Shown: positions 1 to 13,700 of the stretch, one piece after another
Numbering within the stretch: the stretch's first letter is position 1
Layout of the letters: each line of letters starts with the position of its first letter
NCBI RefSeq assembly: GCF_006345805.1
Contig: NC_043000.1
Location: 31,124,001 to 31,188,000, forward strand
Direction: 5' to 3'
Origin: Octopus sinensis
Lineage: Eukaryota
Length of the DNA: 64,000 nucleotides
Position numbers and translations under genes: made by a program
Notes under the pieces: model-generated
Database searches by the model: none
Told to the model about the DNA's origin: nothing
Seen by the model: only the letters and a program-made list of their open reading frames with translations

Positions 1-297
1 GGATTCAATAAAAAAGAGCTACACTTAATGTGTTGGGCGACCCTTGATTGCCTCAGATATGTGCGTTTTAGCAACCGATACATCGGTTGCTGAAGAGATA
101 CCCAGTTAATGATATTCAGTATGAAAATTTTAATTAATTTAATTTCTCAAATTGAATTAATTGGGCATGGAAACAGCTTTAGGAGCAAGAAATTTGATAT
201 TGTACAGAATTGAATATGTTCAAATAAATTGATGTCTATATGTCAGTTTCTCCATTTTCTTCTACTACTTAAATAATATATATATATATATATATAT

Positions 298-660
298 CAT
301 CATCATCGTTTAATGTTCGCTTCCCATGCTAGTATGGGTTGGACGGTTTGACTGACAGCTGGCAAGCCAGAAGGCTGCACCATGCTCAATCTGATCTGGC
401 AAAGTTTCTACAGCTTGATGCCCTTCCTAATGCCAACTGAAAGTAATGGGTGCTTTTATGTACCACCGGCACAAGGGCCAGTCAGACGGTACTGGCAACG
501 ACCATGCTCAAAAGGTGTTTTTTTACATGCCACCTGCACGGGAGCCAATACGGCGGCACTGGCAATGACCATGCTCAAAGTCGTTTTTCACGTGCCAGTA
601 AGGCGATGCTGGCAACGATCATGCTCGAAAGGTGCTTTTTATGTGCCACCAGCACATGGT
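298..660 (-). mobile_element. RTE 3'-tail repeat copy
   Basis: (CAT)n-CGTTTAA...CCATGCTAG...GATGCCCTTCCTAATGCCAAC; ends approximate. Confidence 0.8.
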
Positions 661-719
661 ATATATATATATATACATATTGAGTCAAGAACATCAAAAT
701 AAAAATTCAAATGGAAATT

Positions 720-1050
720 GTAGTTAAGACACCCATGCCAGTGACATGTAAAAAGCACTGGCCGAACGTGGCAGATGCCAGCGCCGCCTGACTGGCGTCC
801 ATGTTGGTGACACGTAAAAGCACCAACCGATATTGGTCGTTTGCCAGCCTGCTCTGGCCCCTGTGCTGGTGGCACGTAAAAAACACCCACTACACTCACG
901 GAGTGGTTGGCGTTAGGAAGGGCATCTAGCTGTAGAAACACTGCCAAATCAGACTAGAGCCTGGTGCAGCCTCCGTGGCTTCCCAGACCCAGGTCAAACC
1001 GTCCAACCCATCCTAGCATGGAAAATGGACGTTAAATGATGATGATGATG
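720..1050 (+). mobile_element. RTE 3'-tail repeat copy
   Basis: Family motifs, (GAT)n tail; ends approximate. Confidence 0.8.
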
Positions 1051-1064
<14 letters not shown>

Positions 1065-1081
<17 letters not shown>

Positions 1082-1451
1082 TGAGGTTGTGTGGTGTCTG
1101 TCTCCTACGATTTAGATTCCTAACTACTCCCACATTTTGCGGTGCAGTTTAACCAAAAGCGGGTATCTTATAGTCGTGATTCATATCGAGCCCTTCTGGG
1201 TATTAGCGCGCGTCTACGATGAGTCTATGATTTAAAAAAAAAATTTACCATAATTTTTCCGCATTTTAAATGCATTTTCGCTCGGTTTATATAAGGGAAG
1301 TAACTCTCTAAAAATGTATTATTAAATCTCAGAATGTAAAACGCTACAGTAACCCCCCCTCTTTGTGGTTAGCCATATTGAGATGGCTATTATACTTTAC
1401 ATCTCTAAAAATGCTTATATAGTTATTTCCCTTACAAACCCGATACTGCTA

Positions 1452-1452
<1 letters not shown>
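1065..1452 (+). mobile_element. Possible non-autonomous Helitron-like element
   Basis: Starts in a (TA)n-AAAA run followed by a GTCTGTC-type head and ends CTAG|T, like the clearer Helitrons in this window; no intact 3' hairpin seen. Confidence 0.4.
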
Positions 1453-1489
<37 letters not shown>

Positions 1490-1647
1490 TTGCGTCGGAA
1501 ATTAATTAGCACTTCTCAAATTTCTACATTTTCTTACATTTTCTTAATTTAATTAACTTATTATCAGAAACAAACACGTTTTTAATCAAAAATTTATTAA
1601 AACATATCCCAGTACACCACATAATTGTTATTAATCGTGAAATTTAG

Positions 1648-2622
1648 TCAATATCTTGTTGCTCCTCCTTTGGCAGCAATGACAGCTGCTACGCGGGTCG
1701 GCATGCTGTCTATGAGTGCCTGCAGGTACTGTGCAGGGATGGCCCTCCATGCAGCAAGAAGTTCCCCAAACAGCTCGTGTCGGTTCCTGTATTGCTGCAC
1801 ATTCAAATCCCTACCCAATCGACTCCAGAGGTTCTCAATAGGGTTCAGGTCAGGTCAGTCCATGACCGTCACCCCATGGTCCTTGAAGAAACCGGTTGTG
1901 AGCTTGGCTGTGTGGGAAGGCGCGTTGTCCTGCTGGAGCACGTACTCCTCACCACCAAAGAGGTATCCCGTACTATCTCAACGTACTTTGCTGCGTTGAT
2001 GTTGCCTTCGACGGCATAGAGCCGCCCAACACCACTGTAGCTGAACGCCCCTCACACCATCAGACTACCCCCACCATGCTTCATGGTGGGAGCAATGCAG
2101 TCTTTGTTGAAGCGATCACCCCTGCGGCGTCGCACATGGACAGGCTTGTCACTGACGAGACTGAATCGTGACTCGTCAGTGAACATCACTGTCCGCCACT
2201 GCTGCACGGTCCATATCTTGTGGGCATGGGCCCAGAGCAGCCGCCTCTTCCGGTTTTGGGCTGTAAGGAGTGGCTTACGGGCGGCCCTACAGGATTTTAG
2301 ACCAGCTTCCAGTGACGGTGGTTGTAGACAACTGCTTCCCTGTCATCTTTTGCATCTCCTCCGCCAGTTGCTGGCTCGTTGCCCTTCGGTTGTACAGTGA
2401 CTTTCAGATCAGCATCCGGTCCTCCCGCTGGGTCGTCAGCCTCTTCCGTCCCCTACCCTTTTTGTCAGCTGCTGATCCAGTTTCCTCGTATTTCTTAAAT
2501 AAGCACTGAATTGTGCGCCTGGCTACACCAAGTTTTCTGGCTATTGCAGCCTCCGACAGCTTCCCACGCCACGAGAGAGCCTCGTACCGTCTCTCCAAGG
2601 TCATGCGAGGTCTTGGGCCCAT
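1648..2622 (-). pseudogene. Tc1 DDE transposase pseudogene
   Basis: N-terminal HTH ending KKGRGRKRLTT, then RKPLL, FTDESRF, KHGGGSLMV, QDNAPSH, PDLNPIENLW, AAKGGATRY; a frameshift, two TGA stops at conserved Trp positions and small deletions. Confidence 0.9.
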
Positions 2623-2781
2623 CTAGGAATGAACGATAAAAACCAGATATTTTCATTAAAACTATTCATTTGAATAATGTTATGCTATATCAAAACTGCT
2701 ATGAGTTATTATTCATGAAACAAAAAAGAAAGAAAGCAGAATTTCTCACCTTATTTGATGTATAACAGAAAGTTTTGTGAA

Positions 2782-2796
2782 CCGGAAGTGACGTCA
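2782..2796. promoter_or_regulatory. Overlapping ETS-CRE composite motif CCGGAAGTGACGTCA in the Tc1 upstream region
   Basis: Exact 15-mer about 160 bp upstream of the transposase ATG; function not shown. Confidence 0.45.
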
Positions 2797-3848
2797 CCAA
2801 GCAGAGTGTAGGAGAATTTGTGAGGAAAAAAAATCTTGCAAATACACAAATCAATTAACCTACGAGCTGTTCAAAACATCTTACGCGATGAGAAAACTTA
2901 GTACGGTGTGATTTCGGTCCTTGCGAGGCGCTACCTATATCTATTAAACAAAGGAAGATTTGTCTGCATCCGCACTCCAAGTTGTTGTTGCACTGCTATG
3001 TCAACATCATTAGGCTGTAGACTCTCAAACTGCTCTGCAAACAAAGTTACGTCATCGTTCTGCACAACAGTGAACTCGCAACAAAGCAATAGTTCGAGAT
3101 ATGGCCACTAGGTGACAGCAAATATCTTGAGTGAAGAGCAAATCAAGGGTGCTAATTAATTTCTGACGGTAGTGTATATATATATATATATATATATAGT
3201 GCACAAAAAATGAACTAAGGGAAATAACTGAGTGTGGTCAATAGTACATATTTAAAGATGACTGCAGGTGTATCAAATACCAAGCAAGATAATGTTTTGA
3301 TGTGGCAAGCAGGACCAGCTCCACTTGAGAAGAGAGGTGATTTCAAGCATCAAAAATTCTCCAAAATTGGCATGCCATTAAAGAAAATGTCATGGACATG
3401 TGTTTCTGGCTCAATTGCTGCTATCATCATGGCAATTTTTTGATGTTATCTCCAGTAACCATGAGTCTTAGACTTAAACAAAATAGAGAACATATTTATG
3501 GTCTAAGTAATTTGCATAATTTAAACAAGAACGAGCTAAGTAGCCATATGTATGTGTGTGTGTGTAAGTATAATTATTTAACGAATGGCTGCAGTTGTTG
3601 AGAAAAAAAAAATCCTTGCAGAACAACATCCTTGTTTGTATAAAAGATATCTGCTGAAGACTTTGTCTTGGAATGTTTCAACGGTATCAGTTGACAGAGG
3701 TCAGCTTCATTCCTAACCATGATAAAAACCAATTGTAATATATGCATGTGTGTGTGTGTGTGTATTTATAGATGTGGAGGTGGAGAGTATTTTGTTTTTG
3801 ATATGTCATGAAAAGATATTAATGAGTTCCTTTTCTAATCTGATGTAG

Positions 3849-3950
3849 TTTTCTGTCACCATGGGTATCCCGATTATGAAAGTGGATTGGATTCTGGAGG
3901 TTTGGGAGCACCGTGACAATATTGCTAGTCATGCTAATCAAGAACTATTT
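3849..3950 (+). CDS. ECT2: ECT2 exon (end of BRCT1): FSVTMGIPIMKVDWILEVWEHRDNIASHANQELF
   Basis: AG at 3847-48, GTAAGT at 3951; phase 0/0; resembles human VAVSLGTPIMKPEWIYKAWE. Confidence 0.92.
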
Positions 3951-6900
3951 GTAAGTATCAAAACATATTGTTGTCTGAATTCACTTTTATAACCTAATTC
4001 TAGCTTAGTTACTTTCAGCATCATTGCTGTTTGCTGTGTCAATGCTAAAGCTTGCAAGAAATAAATATATTCTAAGTAGTTGTGGACTTTTTTCTTTTCT
4101 TTGTACATCTAAATATGTTTATTTGTGGGTATATGTGTGTGTGTATGAACTACCTTTTATCTCTTTGTTCATCTACATCTGTGTTTGAATATCATCATCA
4201 TTTGATATCCACTTTCCCATGCTTCCATGGGTCAGATGGAATTTGAGACAGATTTTCTATGGACTCATGCCTTTTATGTTGCCAGCCCTCACCTGCTTCC
4301 AGGTAAGGTAATATTTCTCTGTGTGTTCTTTTGTCATAACAAAGGCGTGCACATACACACATGTACACACAAATCATCATAATGTCAATTTTTCCATGCT
4401 CATATGGCTTGGATGGAATTGATTGAAGTCTTGTCTATGGTTAGATGTGCCTGTTTCCAAGTAAGGTAATATTTCTTTATGATCAGACATACTTTTATGG
4501 GGTACTACTTGCATAATGATGACACATGGTTGTTGCCAACGTTGCTTCACTGGCACCTGTGCTGGTGGCACATGTAAAAAGATTCGAGCGAGGTCATTGC
4601 CAGTACCGCCTGACTGACCCCTGTGCCGGTGGCACGTAAAAAGCACCCACTACACTCTCGGACTGGTTGGCGTTAGGAAGGGCATCCAGCTGTAGAAACT
4701 CTGCCAGATCAAGATTGGAGCCTGGTGCAGCCATCTGGTTCGCCAGCCCTCAGTCAAAATCGTCCAAACCATGCTAGCATGAAAAGCGGACGTTAAACGA
4801 TGATGATGATGATGACACAGTCAAGGCATGGAGACAGTAATAAATGCATTCATGTTTTTGCACACACATACATGGCTTCTTTTAGCCTTTCTCTGTGAAA
4901 TTTACTCACAAGTCCTAGGGCTATAGTAGGACAAAGTTATCCAAGGTGCCACACAGTGAGATTGAACTTGAGATCATATAGTTAGGAAACTTGCCTGTAT
5001 ATGTGTGTATATAAATGTGTGTGTCTGTATATTTATATGCATACATGTGTGTGCATGTCATCACCACCACCACCACCATTTTACATCTGTTTTTCAAAGC
5101 TGGCATGGTTGTCTCAGTTATTAAGTTTCAGGTGGGCTGGAACCACAGCTCACTCACATGTTCCAATTTTGACATGGTTTCTACAACTAGATGTCCTTAT
5201 CACTAACCACTTTACAGGTCTTACTGAGCATATTTCATTGTGGCACCAGCATAACAGAGGTTGTCATGTCCTTGGCAAAACTAAAAAAGTCCTCTCTATT
5301 ATTTGTCACCTTTATTTGTTTTCAACGACAGTGATGGAAAGGAATGTGAGTTTACTGATAGAGGAGAGAATAATATAAAAGAACCAAATTGATAAGGAAT
5401 ATATGAGGAATATTTGAAGGGTCATGGGAATAGGAAGTTTGCCAGCCGCAAGTATATCCCTGTTGGGAGAACGTCTTGTTTGCCGTAGATTTTCCACAGA
5501 CGCAGGGACAGGATGGGTTGAAGCTGCCAGTTGCCAGATCAGACGCTCCTGTTCACCAGAGCCCCGTTAGCCAGGTGCGGCCCTGATACCGCTGGGTGTC
5601 AGAACAATCTGCCTTGGATGGCCCTTCCAGAAAGGCTGATCTGGAACCCAACCTAGGCCCCCATATCTACGGCATTCGCCACTGGAATAAGGGGTGGTTG
5701 GAGATCACGCGGTCGTTAGCCTCAGATCGCCAGGTCTGGTTGGTGTTTGTGAGAAATGCAGCATTGAGGATGAATGAAGCCAGCCCAACACATCCCGGGT
5801 GAGTGCTGACTCAAGTCAAGTCAAATTGATAGGAGTGAGAGGATGACAGAGGAGAACAAGAGAAAGAGATGGATGCCAACAATGATTGATAGAAGAGGGG
5901 GTAGTGAGAGAGAGAGAAAGAGAGATGGATAGCATTGAAGATGGAGTGATGGCTAGAGAGTGGGAACTTTGGATTTGAATAATGAGTGATAGCAGAAGAA
6001 ATAATTGGTGCTAGAGAGACTGATGACATTCAATAGAAAACGGTGGTGGTGAGGGGATAGACAGTTGGCTAGTTTTTTCAGATTGCAGAGTTTCATCTTA
6101 GATCATTGTGACTTTATACTTTGTTAAATTTAATATTGTTTTATTTAGTTACTTCATTTATTATTTTTTTCTGTTTTATTACTACCTTTTTTTTTTTTTT
6201 CTCCATTTCAGATGAGTTTTCGTTTGAAACCTTTCGAATTTTGTTATTTGAGTTTCTATGGATTTAAAGATGAAGACCAGAAACAAATGGAGAAACTCAC
6301 TTCAGAAAATGGTACTGTCACCTGTCAATTAACATTAATTGATATTCATTGTTTTAACATCCAGCGGCTAACCGGCTTCTGTGCCAGTGGTACTTAAAAG
6401 GCACCATTCGAGTGTGATCGTTACCAATGTCGCCTTAAAGAGCACCATCCGAGCGTGATCGTTGCCAGAGCGGCTATCTGGCCTCCGTGCGGTGGCATGT
6501 AAAAGACACCATTCAAGCGTGATCGTTAGCAGCATCGCCTTACTGGCACCTGTTCTGGTGGCATGTGTAAAAGATTCGAGCGAGGTCATTGCCAGTACTG
6601 CCTGACTGGCTCCGTGCTGGTGGCACGTAAAAAGCACCCACTACACTCTTGGAGTGGTTGGCATTAAGAAGGGCATCTAGCTGTAGAAACTCTGACAGAT
6701 CAAGATCGAAGCCTGGCGCAGCCATCTGGTTCGCCAGCCCTCAGTCATTCGTCCAACCCATGCTAGCATGGAAAACGGACGTTAAACGATGATGATGATG
6801 ATGATTTCCCGTGCTTGCATGGGTTGACCAAAGTTTATTGAGGCAGATTTCTCTGGCTGGATGCTCTTCCTGTTACCAACCCATACTTGTTTCCAAGTGA

Positions 6901-7002
6901 GGAAAGATATATTCTCACAGAATATTGGAAATGAAGGACACTGCACATATGACAGTGTCACTCATTCACAACCATTACACAATTTAGAGACAAAGGGACC
7001 GA

Positions 7003-7078
<76 letters not shown>

Positions 7079-10000
7079 GGGTTTCTTTCAGCTTCTATTT
7101 ACTAAATCCATTCACAAGGCTTTGATAGTCCCAAAGCTATTGTAGAAGGCACTTGCCCAAGGTACCATGTAGTAGGACTGAACTTGAAACCATGAGGTTG
7201 GGATGCAAGCTTCTCAACCGCACGACCACCTTTGTGCTTATTAATTGATAAGTTGGCAGAATTGTTAGCACACCAAGCTAAATACTTGGTAGCATTTTGT
7301 CCGAGTTCAAATTCCACCAAGGTCGACTTTGCCTTTCGTTCTTTTGGGGTCGATAAATGAAAGTACTAGTTGAGCATCGGGGTCAAATGTAATTGACTTT
7401 GCTCCTCCCTTGAACTTGGCTGGCCTTGTGCCAATACAAAATACAAAATCTTTGTGTCAATACAAAATGCAAAATCTTATATGGAGCCCCAAGGGGTTTC
7501 AAAAATAAAAATCTTGATTAGTTTTACTTTTCTCATTACATTTTAGGGGTACAGTATTTGACTTGGTTTCGAGACAGAATACTAACTAAAACGATATCAT
7601 TCCAAATTGCGACAGATGTCTAACATTATATGCTAAAGCAAGCTTATCATTGTCGTTTAATGTCTGCTCTCCGTGCCGACATGAGTTGGATGGTTCAAAA
7701 ACTCTGATATCTCAAAAGATCATGTCATACTCCAGATGTCAGCATCGAACATGGTGTCTGTGAGTGGAAACCATGACAAGATACATGACTTTATCTTCTG
7801 CCTGACAGTCTAACTTCATGGCTGAACTATCAGTAATGTTTTTAAATCCTTCTAGACTGAGGAATGAAGTAGGTTGTGTGTGGTTAAGACACCTAATATT
7901 TGAACTGAATTAAATATCTCTCTGTAATAATAGCCAGTGTAAATGTTGGCTGGTTGATTTCTTCAAACAGGCTTTACATCATAAAGAGAGAAGGGAGAGA
8001 GAGTGAAAGATAGATACTGAGAGAGAATTAACATAAGAAATGCAGGATGTGTGTCTTATAACTTTCTGAAAAATACACATTTTTTAATGAAATTTTGCAG
8101 GGATAGATTTTCAATGGAATAGATTGCAAAGATATTGATAAAATTAAGAAAAATAACAACATATATGTATTGAAATTTGTTTTATTTAATTTTATTTTAG
8201 GACAATATTTTTCTTTTGAAAATTAGTATTCAATTTATCATTCTACAGAAGCAACAAGAAATTTGATAAAAGTTAAACTCAAATTGTTGCATGTGTGCCA
8301 TATTATCTGGGATGGTGGCAAAAGTATATTTTCCAAAGTAATTGGTCATATGGGTAACACTCTAGTGTATAATATATTCATCATCATCATCATCATTTAA
8401 CATCCATTGTCCATTCTGGCATCTGCCTTTCAACCCTATCCAATCTCTGCAGTTGTCACCTACTCTTCCCTACCTTCCTTACCTTCTTCATTACTCATTC
8501 TCTATTTCTCACTCTTCTTTACACTCTTGCAACCTTTACCTACTCACACTCTCCATAATTGGCATGTTGGAGGGCTGCACCAGGCTCCAGTCTAATTTGG
8601 CATGGTCTCTATGGCTGGATGCTCTTCCTAATGCCAACCACTTTACAGAGGGTGTTTTTATGTGGCACCACACATGCACCTTTATGTGGCACTGCATGGG
8701 TGCTTTTACGTGATGCTACATGGACGATTTTATGTAGTGCCGCACAGACGCTTTTATGTGGTGCTTTTATATGGCACCACACTGGCACTTTTATGTGACA
8801 CCACCATGACTGCTTTATATATTGTGCCGGTACAGGAGTCTTGCAGGTCAATCCTCACCACCAGGGAGACTAGTCTTAATACTTCTGCCTCAGAGTATTG
8901 GTCTTCATGAGTACAACAGGGGACCAGACATCTCAGCCCTTTGTCATCTTGCCTGAAAGATTCAGCATCCTGAGGTCGTTCTTCAGTACTTCATCCCGTG
9001 TTTTCTTGGGTCTCCCACTTCCACGTGTTCCATCTTCTTTGAGAGATTGGCACTACTTTATGGAGCTGCTGGCATCCATCCGCTTCACGACTAAACCAGT
9101 GCACACTGCATCTCATTCCTCTTAAGCCTAACTTCTTTCTCAAAACACTGGCACTCTCTCGAACATGTACACTTACGTTACACATCCAGTGGAGCATACC
9201 AGCCTCATTCTTCTTTAACTTTTGCATGTCCTCTGCATTCAGGATCCATGTCTCACTACCATGTAGAATTGCTATCTGTATACATGCATCATACAATCTT
9301 CCTTTCACTCTGAGAGAGAAAGCTTTCATAGCCAACAAAGGTAACAGCTCTCTGAACTTCCTCCATCCTATTCTTATTCTACCTATCACAATCTCCATGC
9401 ATCCATCCCCACCACTACTAATTTGGTCTCCTAGGTAGACAAAATTATCTACTACCTCTAATGAACCACCAGGGTATCTGAGAGAATCAATTTCCTAAGC
9501 CTCTATAGTTTTTATGGATCCTGTGCATCTTCAATGTATGAACGCTACCGTCTCTGATAACCTTCTTAATCCACTGCACCTCTTGCGTGTCCATAGCTTA
9601 CATTGGGCACACTGTACGGAGTTCCTGCCTACACCTTTTCTACAAATTGAACACATTTTAAAATGTAGATCTACAACGGGGAGTGTATAATTTGTTGTGG
9701 CTGGTATACACACACACACACACATATTAGAGATGATGAAAGAAGAATTATATGTGTAAAGTGAATTCAAGAATGTCTTGATGCCACTAATCTTTCTCAC
9801 TTCTCAGAACCATTTCATTTGATATCTACTTGTCATCCTCAATACTATTCCCTACCCACATTTTACATTGGCAACCCAACCACCAAATCATCTCAGCTTT
9901 ACCACCATACATCTCTTACTCTCTTCATGTGCTACACCTGCCTTTCTCCCACAATACTGTCAGAATTTACTCAACCACTTGTTATCTCTCTCTCTCTCTC

Positions 10001-10686
10001 TCTTCCCCTGTCTCATATCATTATTGTTCTGTCACTCTTCACTCTGCCAACAGCATTGCTCACCCCTCCACTAATTATCTGCCTTTCAACCCTATTCAAT
10101 CTCTGCAGTTGTCACCTACTCTTCCCTACCTTCCTTGCTTTCTTCTTCACTCATTCTCTATTTCTCACTCTTCTTTACACTCTTGCAACCTTTACCTACT
10201 CACACTCTCCATTCACTTCATACTTTGAGGATATACCTAGACACCTTATCACCACTATTCACTCTCTTTCCTAATCCACCCAGACCCTCCCCCCTCCTTA
10301 ACTTCTAAAATCAGAGTAACCATGTGACCTTTCTACAGTAAGCACAAGTAACCTGTTCTGCTTTGACCCTTTGTTTCATACTTAACCCCTTCATCTATTC
10401 ACATATGGCTGTTTCTCTCAGGATATCTTATTAGTCTTGTCAGTTCATGGTAACCTCACCAGTGTTGGTGCCATGAAAAAAGTCCCAACACACTCTGTAA
10501 AGTGGTTGGTGTTAGGAAAGGCACCCAACTGTAGAAACCACATCCAAGTAGACACAAGAGTACAATGGTCTTTGGAGCCATTTAATCCAAGCCATGGAAT
10601 CCATGCCCACATGGAACATAGACATTAAATAAGGATGATGATAATCGTAGAGATGGCAAGTTAGATGAACAGAGGGGGTAATAGTT

Positions 10687-10744
<58 letters not shown>

Positions 10745-13700
10745 GGGAGTAGGCCAGTGATGGAGCATGGAGCTGCCTAGGGAGTGGATAACTTTTTCTG
10801 AGATGTGATCTTCTATATGAGAAACACTGTATTCCTTCAAAGCATATTCTATACTTTGTCAATAATTGCTAGTTGTTCAGTATTCATATATTCTTGCCAC
10901 AAAGTCTTTTTGATGCTATTTTTTGTTGTTTTCATAATTCTTAATAACAAGATCACTTCTATATCAATCAATATTTGGTACTTGAAAATTTTTCTTTCAT
11001 AAATTAACCTAACCTATTGCTAATTATAGATCTCTTGTTCGTTAATATTCAAGCTGTTCTTATTTCAAGTATTATTGTTTCCTCCTCATCATCATCACCA
11101 TCATCATCTCTAATTGTCTTTGCTGATATGGTATGAACAAGCATGTCATCATTCAGCACCACTCACTCATTTCATAGATACGAAATCTATGAAATGTTTG
11201 CTTCTCAAAATCCGATTCTTATTGATTTAGAAGAGTTTTTAAATTGCTATACTTTATGAAACACACCCATTGTGATTTCAATTTTATTTAGAAGAAGAAT
11301 AGTTAAAATTTACAATGTCTCGAATATGTTTGATTGTTTTTTGATTTTTTTACAAATTTATTTGCAAACGACTCATGAATTTCTGTTTTCTGTTTCAGGT
11401 GGAACCTATGTAAACTGTAATGATGAAAGGGCTACACATTTAGTTGTTGATGACCAAATTACTGACTATGTACCTGTTATTAGTAACCCAAAAGGGTTTG
11501 TTGTAAGAGCTGAAGTGAGTATTTATCTGTGTGTCTGTGTGTGTGAGGTAGAGAGAGAGAGAGAGAGAGAGAATCATTTGTTGGTAGGCATGTGTCTATA
11601 GTTATATGTGAAGTAAAAATATGACTAGGTTAACTCGTAAGCCTAGCTGTTTCATTGCTGTCTGCTGTTATTTAAACTAAAGAACTGAGATAAGATGAAA
11701 GGATATTGTTGTTTGGAATGCCCATGTTAAGTAAATGCAAATTAATATGTAATCTGGGAACTGGTCAGGGAAGTCAGAACTCCAAAGTAATGATAAGCAG
11801 CAACAGATTCTGTTGAGTTATCAGTGGTAGAATATTTAGTTGTTCAGTCTACAAGCTGAATGTTGTTACAGAATGTGAGGTGTGTGTATAATAATTTTAA
11901 CATGAAATCCGTGTTCCATGCTGGCGTGAGTTAGTTTGACAGAAGCCAGTGGGCTCAAAGACTGTACCATGCTCCAGTGTCTGCTTTGACAGGGTTTCTG
12001 CAGCTGGATGCCCTTAACATAAATCACTTTACATCATGACTGGGTAATCGTTCCTGTCAGCAGCACTAGTGAGGAGATAGGCATGCAGCTTTCAAAACTA
12101 TGAAACTCAAGTGGGTTCTTTATATCAGGAGATGAGTGTTAAGGTATGAGAGAAGATGGTGGGGAGCAGAACAGGTTCTTGAAGAGGAGTTGTATGGCTG
12201 CTCATATTTAAAGGAGAGTGTGAGACTGAATCAGCAGTGGCTTTCCATACTCCATGAGCCAGACAAAATTCATTGAGATAAATTTTCTATGGCCAGATGC
12301 CCTTCCTGTTGCCAACCCATACCTGCAGAGTATTAAGGCTAAATTTGACAGTTTGTATAAAAGGTAAATAAAACACAATCATCATCATCATCATTTAACG
12401 TCTGCTTTCCATGCTGGCATGGGTTGGACGGTTCGACTGGGGTCTGGAAAGCCAGGAGGCTGCACCAGGTCCAGTCTGATCTGGCAGTGTTTCTACAGCT
12501 GGAAGCCCTTCCTAATGCCAAGCACTCTGTGAGTGTAGTGGGTGCTTTTTACGTGCCTCCAGCACAGGTGCCAGGCGAGGCTGGCAATGGCCACGATCAG
12601 TTGGTGCCTTTTACATGCCACCGGCACAGAGGCCAGTCAAGGTGGCACTGGCAACGGCCACGTTCGGATGGTTCTTTTACGTGCCACCGGCACTGGTATC
12701 ACAACTGCAATTTCCATTGATTTTTCATCGATTTCGATTTCATATCCTGTCCAAAAAGAATTAAAGAAAAAAAAGGTCAAGTAGGTCATGGCTGAAAGAT
12801 AACAGTTTACTCAGAGTAGCTACCCTCAGCTTCCACTCTCAAGACAGCTCTGGAAACTGGCACATGCATTCCTCACTGTGCTCCTGGGAAGATCTTCAAA
12901 CACCTCCTTGAAATTGGCCACCAGCTTGGCCTTGGTGTTGCAGGCAGAGTTCTTGGTGTCTTTCTCAACCATTCCACATCATCATTGTTTAACATCCGTT
13001 TTCCATGCTAGCATGGGTTGGATGGTTCGACCGGGGTCTGGGAAGCCAAGAGGCTGCACCAAGCTCCAGTCTGGACTGGCAGTGTTTCTACAGCTGGATG
13101 CCCTTCCTAATGCCAACCACTCCGTGAGTGTAGTGGATGCTTTTTACGTGCCACCAGCATGGGCCAGAGCTGGCTGGCAACGGCCATGACTGGTTGGTGC
13201 TTTTTACGTTTCACCTGCACGGACGCCAGTCAAGGTGGTACTGGCATCGGCCACACACATAGTAATCCATCAGATCACAATCAGGGCTAGTGAAGTCAAA
13301 AACAACTCCAGAAGTGTGGCAAACAGCCAAATCCTGCTGCTACATATATGGCCTTTCATCAGCAACCCTCTCCGGCCTGGGCTTGATCACAGTTTCCATC
13401 AGCTACATCTGAATTGAGCCTAAGTCCCTGTTCAAAATTGTGGCAATGAATTTCGGTCAGAACGCCTGTTATGTCCCTTCTTTCTGACCATGGCTTCGTA
13501 GTCTTCTGTTACAGCTTTCCATGTCATATCTTACAGAGCACTGAGCAGCAGTCATGATATTGGCATCATCATACAGGTAACTCTTGTCCAATATTGAGAT
13601 GGCTTCCAGGCTTCCATGTCAGCTAAATTTTGCTTAACTACAATTTTAATCTTTATGCTCTCCAACAACCATTGACTGTTCACCAACCCATCAAGCTGTT

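Larger units (their letters stand above)
1487..3174 (-). mobile_element. Tc1-family DNA transposon, full-length but decayed
   Basis: 26-bp TIRs (CACTTGCGTCGGAAATTAATTAGCAC vs reverse complement CACTACCGTCAGAAATTAATTAGCAC, 3 mismatches), (TA)n on both flanks, internal transposase remnant. Confidence 0.9.

Noticed and set aside
91-130. CTGAAGA...GAAA as another hammerhead
   Set aside because: No G-C closing pair for stem II at the correct register, and no convincing stems I or III.
1836-1862. Apparent DD30E spacing suggesting a new Tc1 subgroup
   Set aside because: Best explained by a 12-bp deletion in the WPxxSPDL motif of a pseudogene that also has stops and a frameshift.
2150-2181. CTGACGA within a 10-bp inverted repeat (possible ribozyme)
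   Set aside because: It lies in transposase coding sequence (FTDESRF), the motif is sequestered in the stem, and no GAAA/stem III follows.
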